Assembly (NCBI GenBank): GCA_001179505.1
Contig: CDMY01000564.1
Coordinates: forward strand, 1-51,284
Origin: Vitrella brassicaformis CCMP3155
Taxonomy: Eukaryota; Protista; Chromerida
Direction: 5' to 3'
Length of the DNA: 51,284 nt
Position numbers and translations under genes: made by a program. Shown here piece by piece: positions 10,204 through 21,008 of the stretch (position 1 is its first letter; each line of letters opens with the position of its first letter). The notes under the pieces are model-generated. The model was not told the DNA's origin and did no database searches. It was given only the letters and a program-made list of their open reading frames with translations.

Positions 10204-12771
10204 CTATGCTACCGTTTGTTGTCGTCTGCTCTCTTCCTGTCTGCGAGATGCTCCTCTATCTTTGTCTTTCAAGGGGTCATAGACCTCCAACTGCAGACAT
10301 ACGCGGCCACAGAGCATCCACGATGTCAGTCGCTACTTCGCACCGCATCTTTAGCTGCGTCCCAAGCATATGCCCTCGAAGAATCGACCGGGAATCGGAG
10401 GCCCCTTTTCGCCCAAGTCCCATCAGTCTCAGGTATTTCTTCATCTGTCAAGCAGATGTGAGCCACAGCAAATTAGGAAGCTCTGTGTAGGTACACGTCA
10501 CCCACGTGGCTGAAAACACTCACCCAAGTTTGGCAAAGCAGACCCCTCCTGGAGTGGCCTCGCGCCAACAAGCTCTCCAGTGTCGCTGCCATCCACAGCG
10601 TCGCGTTCATCCATACCCCTCATATGCTTCAGCCTGTCGCGAAAAGACGTAAGTTTTTGCATCACCTGCAACATACCATACACGGAGACGTGTACCTCTG
10701 TTTTTCCTGGCTGTCCATCGCCAGTTCCCCTCCTGTCTGCGTACATCTGCTTGGTGCTTCCTGTTTGTGCTTGTCCGCTTCCGCTTGAGATAAGCTTCAC
10801 GCTTTCGTTCCTTCAACAGAACCCAAGAAAGGAGTCGCAGAGACTAGTCTCGATGCTACTTCGGTCAACGTACCCATTCGCTCAGTACATCTCCTTTCTC
10901 CACGTCCTTCACCGCCCTTGTCCCAGCAGCTTTCGAGCCCTGCAATCACAACAGAGAGACATTCGCTGCCTCGGACGTCTATCGGACGTTTCTGGTAGCG
11001 AATTGGTAGATTCGTACCTCTCCCGCTTTCTCCACGGTCAGGGACTGTATCTCTCTGCGCAGCCGGGCGTCTTCTTCCGTCATGTTTCTGGACATGCCCG
11101 GATGAGGAATATGGTGTACGATGCCCGGTGAGTGACGTATCATATGCCTCACCGTTTTTTTTCTGTATCGGGCGCCGGTTCGCTGTCTACAAAAACAAAG
11201 CCTCGCATCAATCGGTGTATGCTGAGATTCGTACTACTCACCTTTACGTTGATCGACGACCGCTTCTCCATTCATGCCTTTGCCGAGCGAAGTAGGCAAA
11301 CTCTTGATGAGAATAAATCATAGAACGACAAAAAAGCGTTGCTTCCTGTCGTTACTCACCCTGCCCGAAGGAATTCCCTTCCGCTTGTCATTGTCAGAGC
11401 TTCTTGCTGAACCGAGAATCCAGCGCTTGATGTCTGCTGCTGCTGCTGCTGAATCATCATCATGCGGTCTTAGCCGCTTTCCACCATCGTCGTCATCATT
11501 CGCCTGTACTTGACTGAGTAGGCTGGGATCATCCAGCACATCGTGAGCGCTCTTTCTTGCAACCTAAAGGAAGAAGGAGAGAGAAAGACGGAGTGGGAGG
11601 GAACGAGTTTCAGACACGTGTCTGACCATACACTGATGTCGATGGCTTCCTTGTCCTCGTCAAAAGAAAGGAACGTCGCTTTCCTGAAAAGAAAGGGATT
11701 AATGGATGCCTGCAGGAGCCCGAGGAACGGGCAGGTCCTCATTACTTGAATTTCAGTGCTTCCTTTTTCTGTCTTTTTGGCTTCGATTCGTCGCTCCCAC
11801 CGGCATCCTGGGAAGGCACAATCTCACACATGAGACTGCTGTGTGAGATTGTGCTCTCTTCCCTACCTGTGCTGGTGCTCGGCGGAGAACAATATCCTCA
11901 AAAGGATTCCACAACACCTGAAGCCGAAAACGACGGCACAGGAGGTGTCGCGTCATTTCTTGCCCTCACACGCACCTCTGTGCTTTTAATGAACGGCGGA
12001 TCTCGTGGTCGGTCGTTGGAGTCTGTCTCAGCCTGGTAAGGTGTAGGGAGAATTCTTTTCGGTACAGTATCATGTGCACAATATTCACCTCGCTCAGTTT
12101 CACAAGGTTGTAGGCTGTTGACCCTGTCAGCTGACGGAGAGCAACACGAATGAACAGGTGGTCCTTCAGTCCGTTCTCCTACCTTGCCAAAAAGGGTATG
12201 TTGGCCAGTGAGCCAGTCGCACCGACCTGTAAGAACCAGCGAGGTTATAAGAACCAGCGAGGTTAGTGTGCCCTGGTTCGTCACAGCGCTGTGGGCACCG
12301 AGGGTAATGAAGAACTGGCTTCCGTTGGTATTGCTGCCTGAATCCAAGGCCGACACGCTCACAAAATGCCTCCAGTCCGTCTCCTTCACCTCGTACCTCT
12401 GCCAGCGTTGGCAACGCCAAGCAGCCCCCGATAGCGAAACTTGAGCCGAGAATGAATCTCATCAGGGAAAGGGCACCCATATATCGACTCTCCACCTGCA
12501 TGGTAGGTACACGATGTCATCTGGCCTTGCTTGCACCTCCTTCTCACTCACCTTCTCCCGTCCCCGTCGGGTCGCCTCCCTGGACGCAGAAGTCCTTGAT
12601 GATCCTGTGAAAGACGGTGTTGTCGTAGTAACCCTCTAGGCACAGCTGGACAAAGTTCCGGCATGCTTTCGGGCATTCCTTGGACCAAAGCTCAACATCG
12701 AGATCGCCGTGGCTAGTGTGGAGGACAACTTTTCCCTTTGTGGGAGGCTCCGACGTGTATATCTCGGACAT
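10204..12771 (-). CDS. CWC27: Spliceosome-associated cyclophilin-type PPIase CWC27, multi-exon; C-terminal end approximate
   Basis: MSEIYTSEPPTKGKVVLHTSHGDLDVELWSKECPKACRNFVQLCLEGYYDNTVFHRIIKDFCVQGGDPTGTG; GGESIYGCPFPDEIHSRLKFRYRG; NTNGSQFFITL; DWLTGQHTLFGKV; LWNPFEDIV; FLSFDEDKE; SAHDVLDDP; LRFPVDSSRAY; LEVYDPL. The diagnostic N-terminus and charged tail match CWC27. Confidence 0.92.
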
Positions 12772-13399
12772 TGGGGAACCCTCCAAGCGTTACAGGCGCC
12801 CCCCAAGGGCGAAGGACACTAAACTGTAAGACTCTTTCTGCGTACCCCGCGCGTGATTTCATTATTGAGTCAGGCCAAGACTGGCTTCATCGCCTCATCC
12901 AGCCTCTGTCCACCTTTCCATGCTACTTTTCACTACCTCGACCCAAGCGTCGTGTGCTGTTTGCTTTTCGGACCGGTACATATCCCTGTGCAGTTACTGA
13001 TGGGCGTATCGATGGCCCTACGACTGCTACGCTCTTGCCCGTATTGCACCGTTTTTCATTTCTTGCCTCACATGTGGGTGCCACCTGTTGAGGATGAGCT
13101 GCGCATTCTTTTCTACTATCCCCTCTACAGCTCTGCACGAGGGGAAGTATTCCGTGTTGTTCGCATGTATGGCCTTGCGGCGCCTGATGGCAAGGTTTAC
13201 TTTCGATGGGATCTCAATTATTGTGATCCTCTTGTGTTTGCCTTTTCTTTGCTCACCTCTCGATCACTGCATGTGCATGAAGCGGTCGCCACGTTTCTGC
13301 TTTCTGCGAAAGCCTCGCGACAGCGGTGGGTTGCGTTGCATCCGGTGCTTCCTTCTCCGGACTCGTGATTTTCTATGGACTCACACAGACCCTTTCTTG

Positions 13400-13505
13400 C
13401 GTACCCCTTCGGGGGGCCGGGGGCAAGGTCCCCGTGAGGTTAACGAACGAACGAACGTACCCCTTCGAGGGATCGCGGAGAAAGGTCCCCGTGAGGTTAA
13501 CGAAC
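13400..13505. repeat. Two-unit direct repeat with conserved flanks and a variable GC-rich core
   Basis: CGTACCCCTTCG-[13-14 nt variable]-AAGGTCCCCGTGAGGTTAACGAAC at 13400-13448 and 13456-13505, joined by GAAC micro-repeats. Confidence 0.85.
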
Positions 13506-14059
13506 ATTGGCGGACCGCCCCTACCCTCACTCAAAGGTCGGCTGGATGGACGATACATAGGTGTAATGACCCACTACACACCCCATCTCGTGGCCAGCCT
13601 GGCCAGGATCACGGCCGTCTCCCAAGAGAAGGAACACAGGAAGGTTGTCTGCAGTGATGCAGTGATTCACTGAATGAATGACAATGATCCATCATTGATT
13701 GACTCATTGATTGACTGACAAGCACACACTCGTGTGACTCGACTGGCGCCGCGTCACTGCAGAATGGCAAGGTGATTTGTTCGTTTCTTCCAGCCGGCCG
13801 ATCAAATCCTATAGCAAACTGACTATCGTGACACTCATGTGAGATCATAAAACAGCAGGAGTGCGACCGTACGAGCGCACGGAGCGAGAAGTCCGTTTCA
13901 CTCCGAGAGAAAGTTCTAATGAGAGCGAATTGGACTCGCACTGATCCACTCATATGAAAAGGTCGGGTTTTTTTAAACACAATAGTTGGAGTATCAGCAG
14001 ATAGCGAATAGGAATGTAATGAAGCCGGAAGAAGCATACGGAGGACGCCAAACATTCAA

Positions 14060-14730
14060 CACCATTCGTGCTCATGCTTGTGCTGATCTATGCACTTGTC
14101 CACTGTGTGTGTGCGTTAGCTACCCGATGATCATTTTCTGGATGCCTTTGTGCTTTCTTCGTGATTTTCTTTTCTTGAGTACACGCCGTGATGGTTCGTC
14201 TTGAGAGGGGGTGTCAGGATTGCCACCATGGCGAGACGAAGCACTGCGAGCTTGTGAGCTAGGGTAGGTTGCTGTGTAACGGAGAGAGAGAGGTGGAGAG
14301 AGGAAAAGAGAAGGAAAGCATTCTGAGGAGACACGATCTTATCAGCCATCACCGAAGTGAGATCTGTGTTGACCACCCTTCATGATGCCATACATGGACA
14401 GAAACAACTTTGACTGACTGGCCAGTCCATCGGTCTTACTAAAGTGAAAGCACTCTTACTCTGGGACTTACCGCCCAGCAGATCCTCTCTTCAGCTAACT
14501 ACAGGAAAGGTCCTCACCGGCCTTTTCGCACAGTTTTCATGTGACAGACCATGGGACTGCCGGCCGCCTAGGGTGCTCCCTGAAACCGGCCTCCGATTAA
14601 CGCCGCCGTCTGCCCTAACTCATAAAACCAAGAAGCATGATTTACTCCCTCTTCCTCCTCCTTGGCCTCGAGCTCTGCTCATGCTTTACCCCTCTTGTAT
14701 TTCAGTCCCCCTTGGTGCCAAGATCTATCC
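14060..14730 (+). repeat. Apparently identical duplicate of the chlI upstream region and first ~31 codons (15148-15818), truncated by an N gap
   Basis: Offset 1088 bp (ORF 14131..14376 = 15219..15464). Encodes [31 protein letters not shown] before the gap. Upstream flanks of the two copies differ. Confidence 0.93.
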
Positions 14731-15030
14731 NNNNNNNNNNNNNNNNNNNNNNNNNNNNNNNNNNNNNNNNNNNNNNNNNNNNNNNNNNNNNNNNNNNNNN
14801 NNNNNNNNNNNNNNNNNNNNNNNNNNNNNNNNNNNNNNNNNNNNNNNNNNNNNNNNNNNNNNNNNNNNNNNNNNNNNNNNNNNNNNNNNNNNNNNNNNNN
14901 NNNNNNNNNNNNNNNNNNNNNNNNNNNNNNNNNNNNNNNNNNNNNNNNNNNNNNNNNNNNNNNNNNNNNNNNNNNNNNNNNNNNNNNNNNNNNNNNNNNN
15001 NNNNNNNNNNNNNNNNNNNNNNNNNNNNNN
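14731..15030. other. Assembly gap (300 N)
   Basis: Run of N. Confidence 0.99.
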
Positions 15031-15724
15031 GAGGGATGAATGAGTCTGCATCTGTGTACCTACTTGGTGTGTTGTGGTCACTTGAGAAGGAAGGGCATCG
15101 TGGATGTGTTGTGATATGCTGTAACTGTTCCACCTGTGCACACGCCACACCATTCGTGCTCATGCTTGTGCTGATCTATGCACTTGTCCACTGTGTGTGT
15201 GCGTTAGCTACCCGATGATCATTTTCTGGATGCCTTTGTGCTTTCTTCGTGATTTTCTTTTCTTGAGTACACGCCGTGATGGTTCGTCTTGAGAGGGGGT
15301 GTCAGGATTGCCACCATGGCGAGACGAAGCACTGCGAGCTTGTGAGCTAGGGTAGGTTGCTGTGTAACGGAGAGAGAGAGGTGGAGAGAGGAAAAGAGAA
15401 GGAAAGCATTCTGAGGAGACACGATCTTATCAGCCATCACCGAAGTGAGATCTGTGTTGACCACCCTTCATGATGCCATACATGGACAGAAACAACTTTG
15501 ACTGACTGGCCAGTCCATCGGTCTTACTAAAGTGAAAGCACTCTTACTCTGGGACTTACCGCCCAGCAGATCCTCTCTTCAGCTAACTACAGGAAAGGTC
15601 CTCACCGGCCTTTTCGCACAGTTTTCATGTGACAGACCATGGGACTGCCGGCCGCCTAGGGTGCTCCCTGAAACCGGCCTCCGATTAACGCCGCCGTCTG
15701 CCCTAACTCATAAAACCAAGAAGC

Positions 15725-17522
15725 ATGATTTACTCCCTCTTCCTCCTCCTTGGCCTCGAGCTCTGCTCATGCTTTACCCCTCTTGTATTTCAGTCCCCCT
15801 TGGTGCCAAGATCTATCCCGCCTCTCCGGCTGCTGCGGCATGCCTCTCGGTTCCTCCACGCCACCGCTGTGGCTGAGTCACCCCCCCCGACTAATGTTGT
15901 TGCGGAGGAGAAGGCACAGCGACCTGTGTATCCATTTGTGGCGATTGTCGGGCAGGAGGAGATGAAGCTGGCGCTCATTCTGAACGTGATAGATCCCAAG
16001 CTGGGAGGTCTGATGTGCATGGGCGACAGGGGGACGGGCAAGACCACCACCATTCGAGCCATCGCTGACCTCCTGCCGCAGATAGACGTCGTTGCGACTG
16101 ACCCTTTCAACAGGTAAGTGTGCACTTGACTGCGAGTTCATGCTGTATTCCTCTTCTTCGTGTGCCTGCAGTTCTCCCAGCGATCCTGATTTGATGGGCC
16201 CTGAGGTACGGGATCGTGTTGAGCATGAAGAAAGCCTCAAGGTGACCAAAGTGAAGGTCCCCATGGTGGATCTACCTCTCGGCGCAACAGAAGATCGGGT
16301 GTGCGGGACCATTGACATCGAAAAGGCACTCACCGAGGGTGTGAAAGCATTCGAACCAGGTCGAAACAGGCAGGGGGTCGTGTATCTGATTTTGTTGTGC
16401 GTCGTGCCTTCGGTCTAGGTCTTTTGGCCAAGGCGAACAGGGGCCTTTTGTATGTAGATGAGGTCAATCTGCTGGACGACCATCTTGTGGACGTACTGCT
16501 CGATAGCGCAGCGTCAGGATGGAACACAGTGGAGGTGAGAATGACACAGTGAAAAGGCTGCGCATGCTCAAGTCTTCACACGAGGCGTGTGAGGTGCTTG
16601 TTGACGTCCTTGGTGCTCCAGCGGGAAGGTATCTCCGTCCGCCATCCAGCCCGTTTCGTGTTGATCGGGTCAGGGAACCCCGAAGAGGGCGAGCTGCGAC
16701 CTCAGGTATCACGGAAGGGACAAATGTAATGACGGGAGCCCACCTTGTTGGCTGGTGCACTTCAGTTGCTTGACCGCTTCGGCATGATGGCCGAGATCCA
16801 CACGGAGCGGGATCCTGAGAGGAGGGTGCAGATCGTCGAATTCAGAACAGGTGCAAGCTTAGTCGACACACAAGTGCGAAAAAATGCATCACGCCTTCGT
16901 GTAAGCTTTCGACACGAGCCCGAAGGAGTTCGTTAAGCAGCACAGCGCCGAGTCCAATAACTTGCGGGAAAGGATAATCAGGTAAGAGACGGAGGAGCGT
17001 GTAGAACGCTCGCATCCGGCTTTCATTCGCCTGCACGTTTACTGCTCACCCTGCGCCTTGTCCATTCAGGGCTCAGGCGCTGCTTCCCACGGTGAAGATG
17101 GACCACGACATGCGCGTCAGAGTGTCGCAGGTTTGCAGCACGCTTAATGTGGATGGACTCAGAGGGGATATCGTCACCAACAGGGCAGCGAGGGCATATG
17201 CGGCTTACCAGGTGGAATACACCGGTGGAATGAACACGGGTTAGAAAAGAAGATGGCCACTTGTGTCATCTAACCCATCAGGGTCGTGACGAGGTGACAG
17301 TGGACGACATCGGCAGAGTCATCACCCTTGCCCTCAAACACCGACTCCGGAAGGATCCCCTGCAACAGGTGCGACCAGCGAGCGAAGCTATCGACTCGGC
17401 AGATCTGCCTGACTGCACCTGTCGTGTGATTTTATTTTTGCCAGGTTGAGTCTGGCGACAAGGTCATGAAAGTTTTCAGGGAAGTCTTCGAACTGGAAGA
17501 ACAGGACGAAGACGAAGATTAG
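15725..17522 (+). CDS. chlI: Magnesium chelatase subunit I (AAA+), nuclear-encoded with bipartite plastid-targeting leader; about 9 exons
   Basis: Leader [16 protein letters not shown]|FTPLVF... plus Ser/Arg/Pro-rich transit peptide. [16 protein letters not shown]; Walker A GDRGTGKT; [23 protein letters not shown]; [32 protein letters not shown]; [19 protein letters not shown]; [13 protein letters not shown]; [10 protein letters not shown]. Stop TAG at 17520-17522. Inferred exons approx. 15725-16113, 16172-16359, 16419-16535, 16623-16706, 16766-16850, 16906-16981, 17070-17211, 17282-17368, 17446-17522. Confidence 0.97.
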
Positions 17523-17923
17523 AGTTACTCTGCTGCGATGAACATTAGTCAAATGATTTTTCGTCTTGTGAGCACGTTCTTTTTCCTTACGAACTCACCA
17601 TGACAAAAAACCTTTCGTCCCATGGAGTATCCACTGATGGACGGTTTTGAGCCCATGAAACAACTTCATGAGGGGATTTACGGGACAATGGCCGTGGGGG
17701 TCACTGAGAATCTGTTTCAGAAAGCTATCCTTCATACCTTCACTGCATAAAGAGAGGTATGAAGGATCAAAACCCCTTCACAGTAAATCCAAGGCAGACT
17801 TGTTAACAATGACTGTCGAGGCGTCCGACGAACAAATCAGACGCGTTATAAATTGGGGTCCGACGAACAAATCGGACATGTATGGTAAGTACTTATGCTC
17901 GGTTCCCGGAAGGTCGCTATGTA

Positions 17924-20723
17924 TCACTCATCGACCTCCGTGTCCTTGCCTTCATCTCGGTCTTCGACACTTCCACCAATCGTCCCTTCTTCACACCGAA
18001 CCCTGGAGCGGTGAGACGTGAGATGCGCTTGCTTCGTTTGTTCTCGTGTACCTTCAGGGGGGTGAGGAAACTTCGACATACCATCTGTGCCATAGATTCG
18101 CACTTCAAACATGCGTGCCTGCTCTATCCCGTAGTAGATGCGGACCGCCTTGACGCCCTTGCCCGAAACATCCGTCTTCTGCACCTCGGCGGCGACGTTG
18201 TGTGACCGCTTGCGCATGTAGTTATCCTGTATCTTGGCGACGGTGCGCCACATGTTGGCGCTGTCGCCTGCGAGCCGCACCTGCACCTGCACACACACAC
18301 ACATACACATGCACCCAGTGAGGATTTGCGCGACTCCAGGACTGGCATGCCATCAGCCGCACCTGGATGTCGTAGTCCTTGACTGTCTCAGGCTGCGGGC
18401 GACCCCACACCATGCGATTCATGTCACTCAGCTTCTGGGACAGCATGAGGGTGCGGTGCATGCCCGTGTCAAACACCAGCTCCACCTGACCCCCACAAAC
18501 TCAAGATGTGTCTGTGGGGAGGGAGCACACATGGACTGACTGGCTTGCTTACTTGAGAGAGGTCTTTGACTGGCGTGCTCCACTCCAGGACAATCCACGA
18601 CAGGCAATCAATCGTGGCTCACCCATCGATTGATGCCGTTTTTTTGCTGGCTTGCGTGAACACCGCCATCACCCTTTTGATCGCTGACCTGTCGAAATCT
18701 GAACCGTCGACCGACACCAGTGAATTAAAGGTAGTGACGTGCGACTGGTTCAGATACCTGCGCAGCGCTTCCGTTGTATTTGCCCTCAATCCACTCGGTC
18801 GATGCCACGACCTCGATTGCCTTCGCTGCATAATCTCGCGGATCTTCATTGTATACACCAATAATATACTGGTCGTCACGAAGAAGCTGCTGCTGGATAC
18901 TCCACACCGCAACGCACACGAGAATTCTCGGAATTTCGCCCTTTCTATACTCTCCGTCTTTACCGGGGTCCTTCGTGACATCTGCGGCGCATAGAACAAC
19001 CCCCAGGATGTGTGATTGCATTCCATTCACACTCACTCATGCGATGCGGAGAGTGGCCCACCTTTGGGGTCGATGTCATTGAGCGCACAATACGCGGCGG
19101 CTGTGCCCACCGCCTAACCCATCGCCGCGCAGGTCTTCATGACCCGCTGCCTGCCGAACACCAAATGGGAAAGCGATGCGAGACGCCCGGCCAACATCAG
19201 GTTAGTCGCGTTTAGGGCCACAAGCGATCGGAGAGGCGTGCTACACATGACCAAGGCCTACCAGCCACCATGCGATACGCGATCCCAGTAGAGTGTGGGA
19301 GCAGGAACGTCCTCAGCTTTAGCCAGGGGATCTGGTAAGATGTCGTTTTGTGTCATTATGTACAAACCCCGGAAACGGCGACCTGAACGAGCACATGAAC
19401 AACTTAATCAAGGTGGCACAGCCTCTAGCGCTTACATTCTCTTTTGCATGGCCACCACTCTAACCAGTCAAGAGCGAGATTTTCTGCCTCAGGAAAGTTG
19501 CCGCTGTTCTTGATGTAGTCCCAAGTCCCAAGGACACTCTCCATAAGCCGGTCTCGGACCTCCTCGTTATCTCCGATCATGTTGTACGGCCGTAGTCCAA
19601 ATTGTTCGACTCCAGCTTGCGAAATTCTCAGTCAGAGTCGTCGTACTTGGTGGCCCACGATGGCGGCGTAAACTTCATAGGCCGTCCGTAGTTTTTGGAT
19701 GTAAAGGCCAGTGAGCTGCCCATCGTCTCGTTATCATTGCGGAGGTCCGCAAGTGACTCATTGAAGGTGGCCTTGCCCTCTCGCCCGATGATGTAGGGGA
19801 TGTATGCCTGACTCAACCGTACGATGTACATATTGAAGAAGTGCTTGGCTCAGCTGTCGCTTCTGCTTACATCAGCACCAAGCCGCCTGTCTCCTGTCGC
19901 ATCGATGAAGATCTTGCCCTGGACGACATACTGCGTTTGTGTTTGTGTCTCTTGGTTCTCTCCAATCACTTCTGTAACTGTCCAATCATCGCCTTCAGCC
20001 GACTGGACCTTCGTGGCCGCCACGACCCAAGTGTTGAGCTGCATGACATCCATAGATGACAAGAACAGAGGCAGTCTTTCAATCTCATGTATCAGTACCA
20101 GCAGGGTGCAGTTCTCTTGTTGGCGGAAGATGTCGTATAAGGTGAGATCGTGAATAGAAACGGACCTCTGGGGGTTCCTAAAAGAGTTCTCAAGGGTGTA
20201 TTCCTCGATGATGCCGCCTTCACGAGCTTCAGTCTCCAACTCAACGCCCCGATGTCCTTCACGATCAGCGCCAACAGGATGTAGTTTCGACTCAGACGAC
20301 ATGTTGCCGCCAAGAACTCCCCTAAGCGAGAGAACACAGAAGCGTCGGCGGTGTGTTCGTTCTCCTACTCGTACCGTCCCTGAATGAGCACGGTCTTAGC
20401 TCCACTTCGCGCAGCTGCAAGTGCTGCTGAAATGCCTGCCGACCCGGGGCGACAACGACGTCAGCCTCGAGATAACGCGTGAGAAGACCCGCACCGACAG
20501 AATCACCTGAAGTAAATGACGAATGAGCAGGCAAGGCACCAGCCTGTCATTCTTGACCCCCCATCCTGTGGCCACGGACCCTCGGTGCTTCGGGGTGTCT
20601 CGCCCGGTGCCAACGCTTCACACACACGCGCATACTTCGGATAAAAATTCTAAAACTCCAACACACACATACCGCTGCTGAGAATAGTGGCATCAGGACG
20701 CATGAATAGGTCCTGGCCAGCAT
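17924..20723 (-). pseudogene. FAD-dependent oxidoreductase (FAD_oxidored/PF12831-like with C-terminal beta-sandwich), multiply disrupted; start approximate
   Basis: EADVVVA/GSAGISAALAAARSG; LGGNMSSE; FIDATGD; IGREGKATFNES; MGSSLAFT; WDYIKNSG; RRFRG; NLMLAGR; RVMKTCAAMG*AVGTAAA; QQQLLRDDQYI; ARMFEVRIY. Lesions: frameshift in the Rossmann motif (~20445), TGA at 19628-19630, frameshifting deletion at ~19590, TAG at 19258-19260 with a deletion, TAG at 19114-19116, probable 1-nt insertion near 18600. Confidence 0.85.
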
Positions 20724-21008
20724 CCCATTGCTGAAAGAAACGGTATGTGTTAAGCAGACAAGAATCCCATCACGCCCACCTCTATCTCGATCTGTTTGCC
20801 CTCTCTGTCGACGACAGGAGTGTCAGCGTCAAGTGCATGGACGGGTGCGTCCTGCTTTGCAAGCAGAAGTGGGGTCTCAGCGTCACCATTCACGTCAATC
20901 ACGGAGAAAGCCCAAACCAACCCTACAATAGCCGGATTCGAACTACCGAAATACCGGGAAGTTCGAACGGCTTTTCGGACAGCCGTTAGGTCATCCTCAC
21001 ACTATCGG

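Noticed and set aside
13400-13505. CRISPR-like repeat-spacer-repeat
   Set aside because: Only two units, the variable part is 13-14 nt, there are no cas genes, and the context is eukaryotic and intron-rich.
667-15218. Long ORFs containing X runs (e.g. 667..1770, 887..1942, 14444..15043, 41237..41869)
   Set aside because: Artefacts of reading through N gaps.
19628-19630. In-frame TGA as selenocysteine in the oxidoreductase
   Set aside because: Not at a catalytic Cys position, no SECIS recognised, and the gene has several independent frameshifts and stops.
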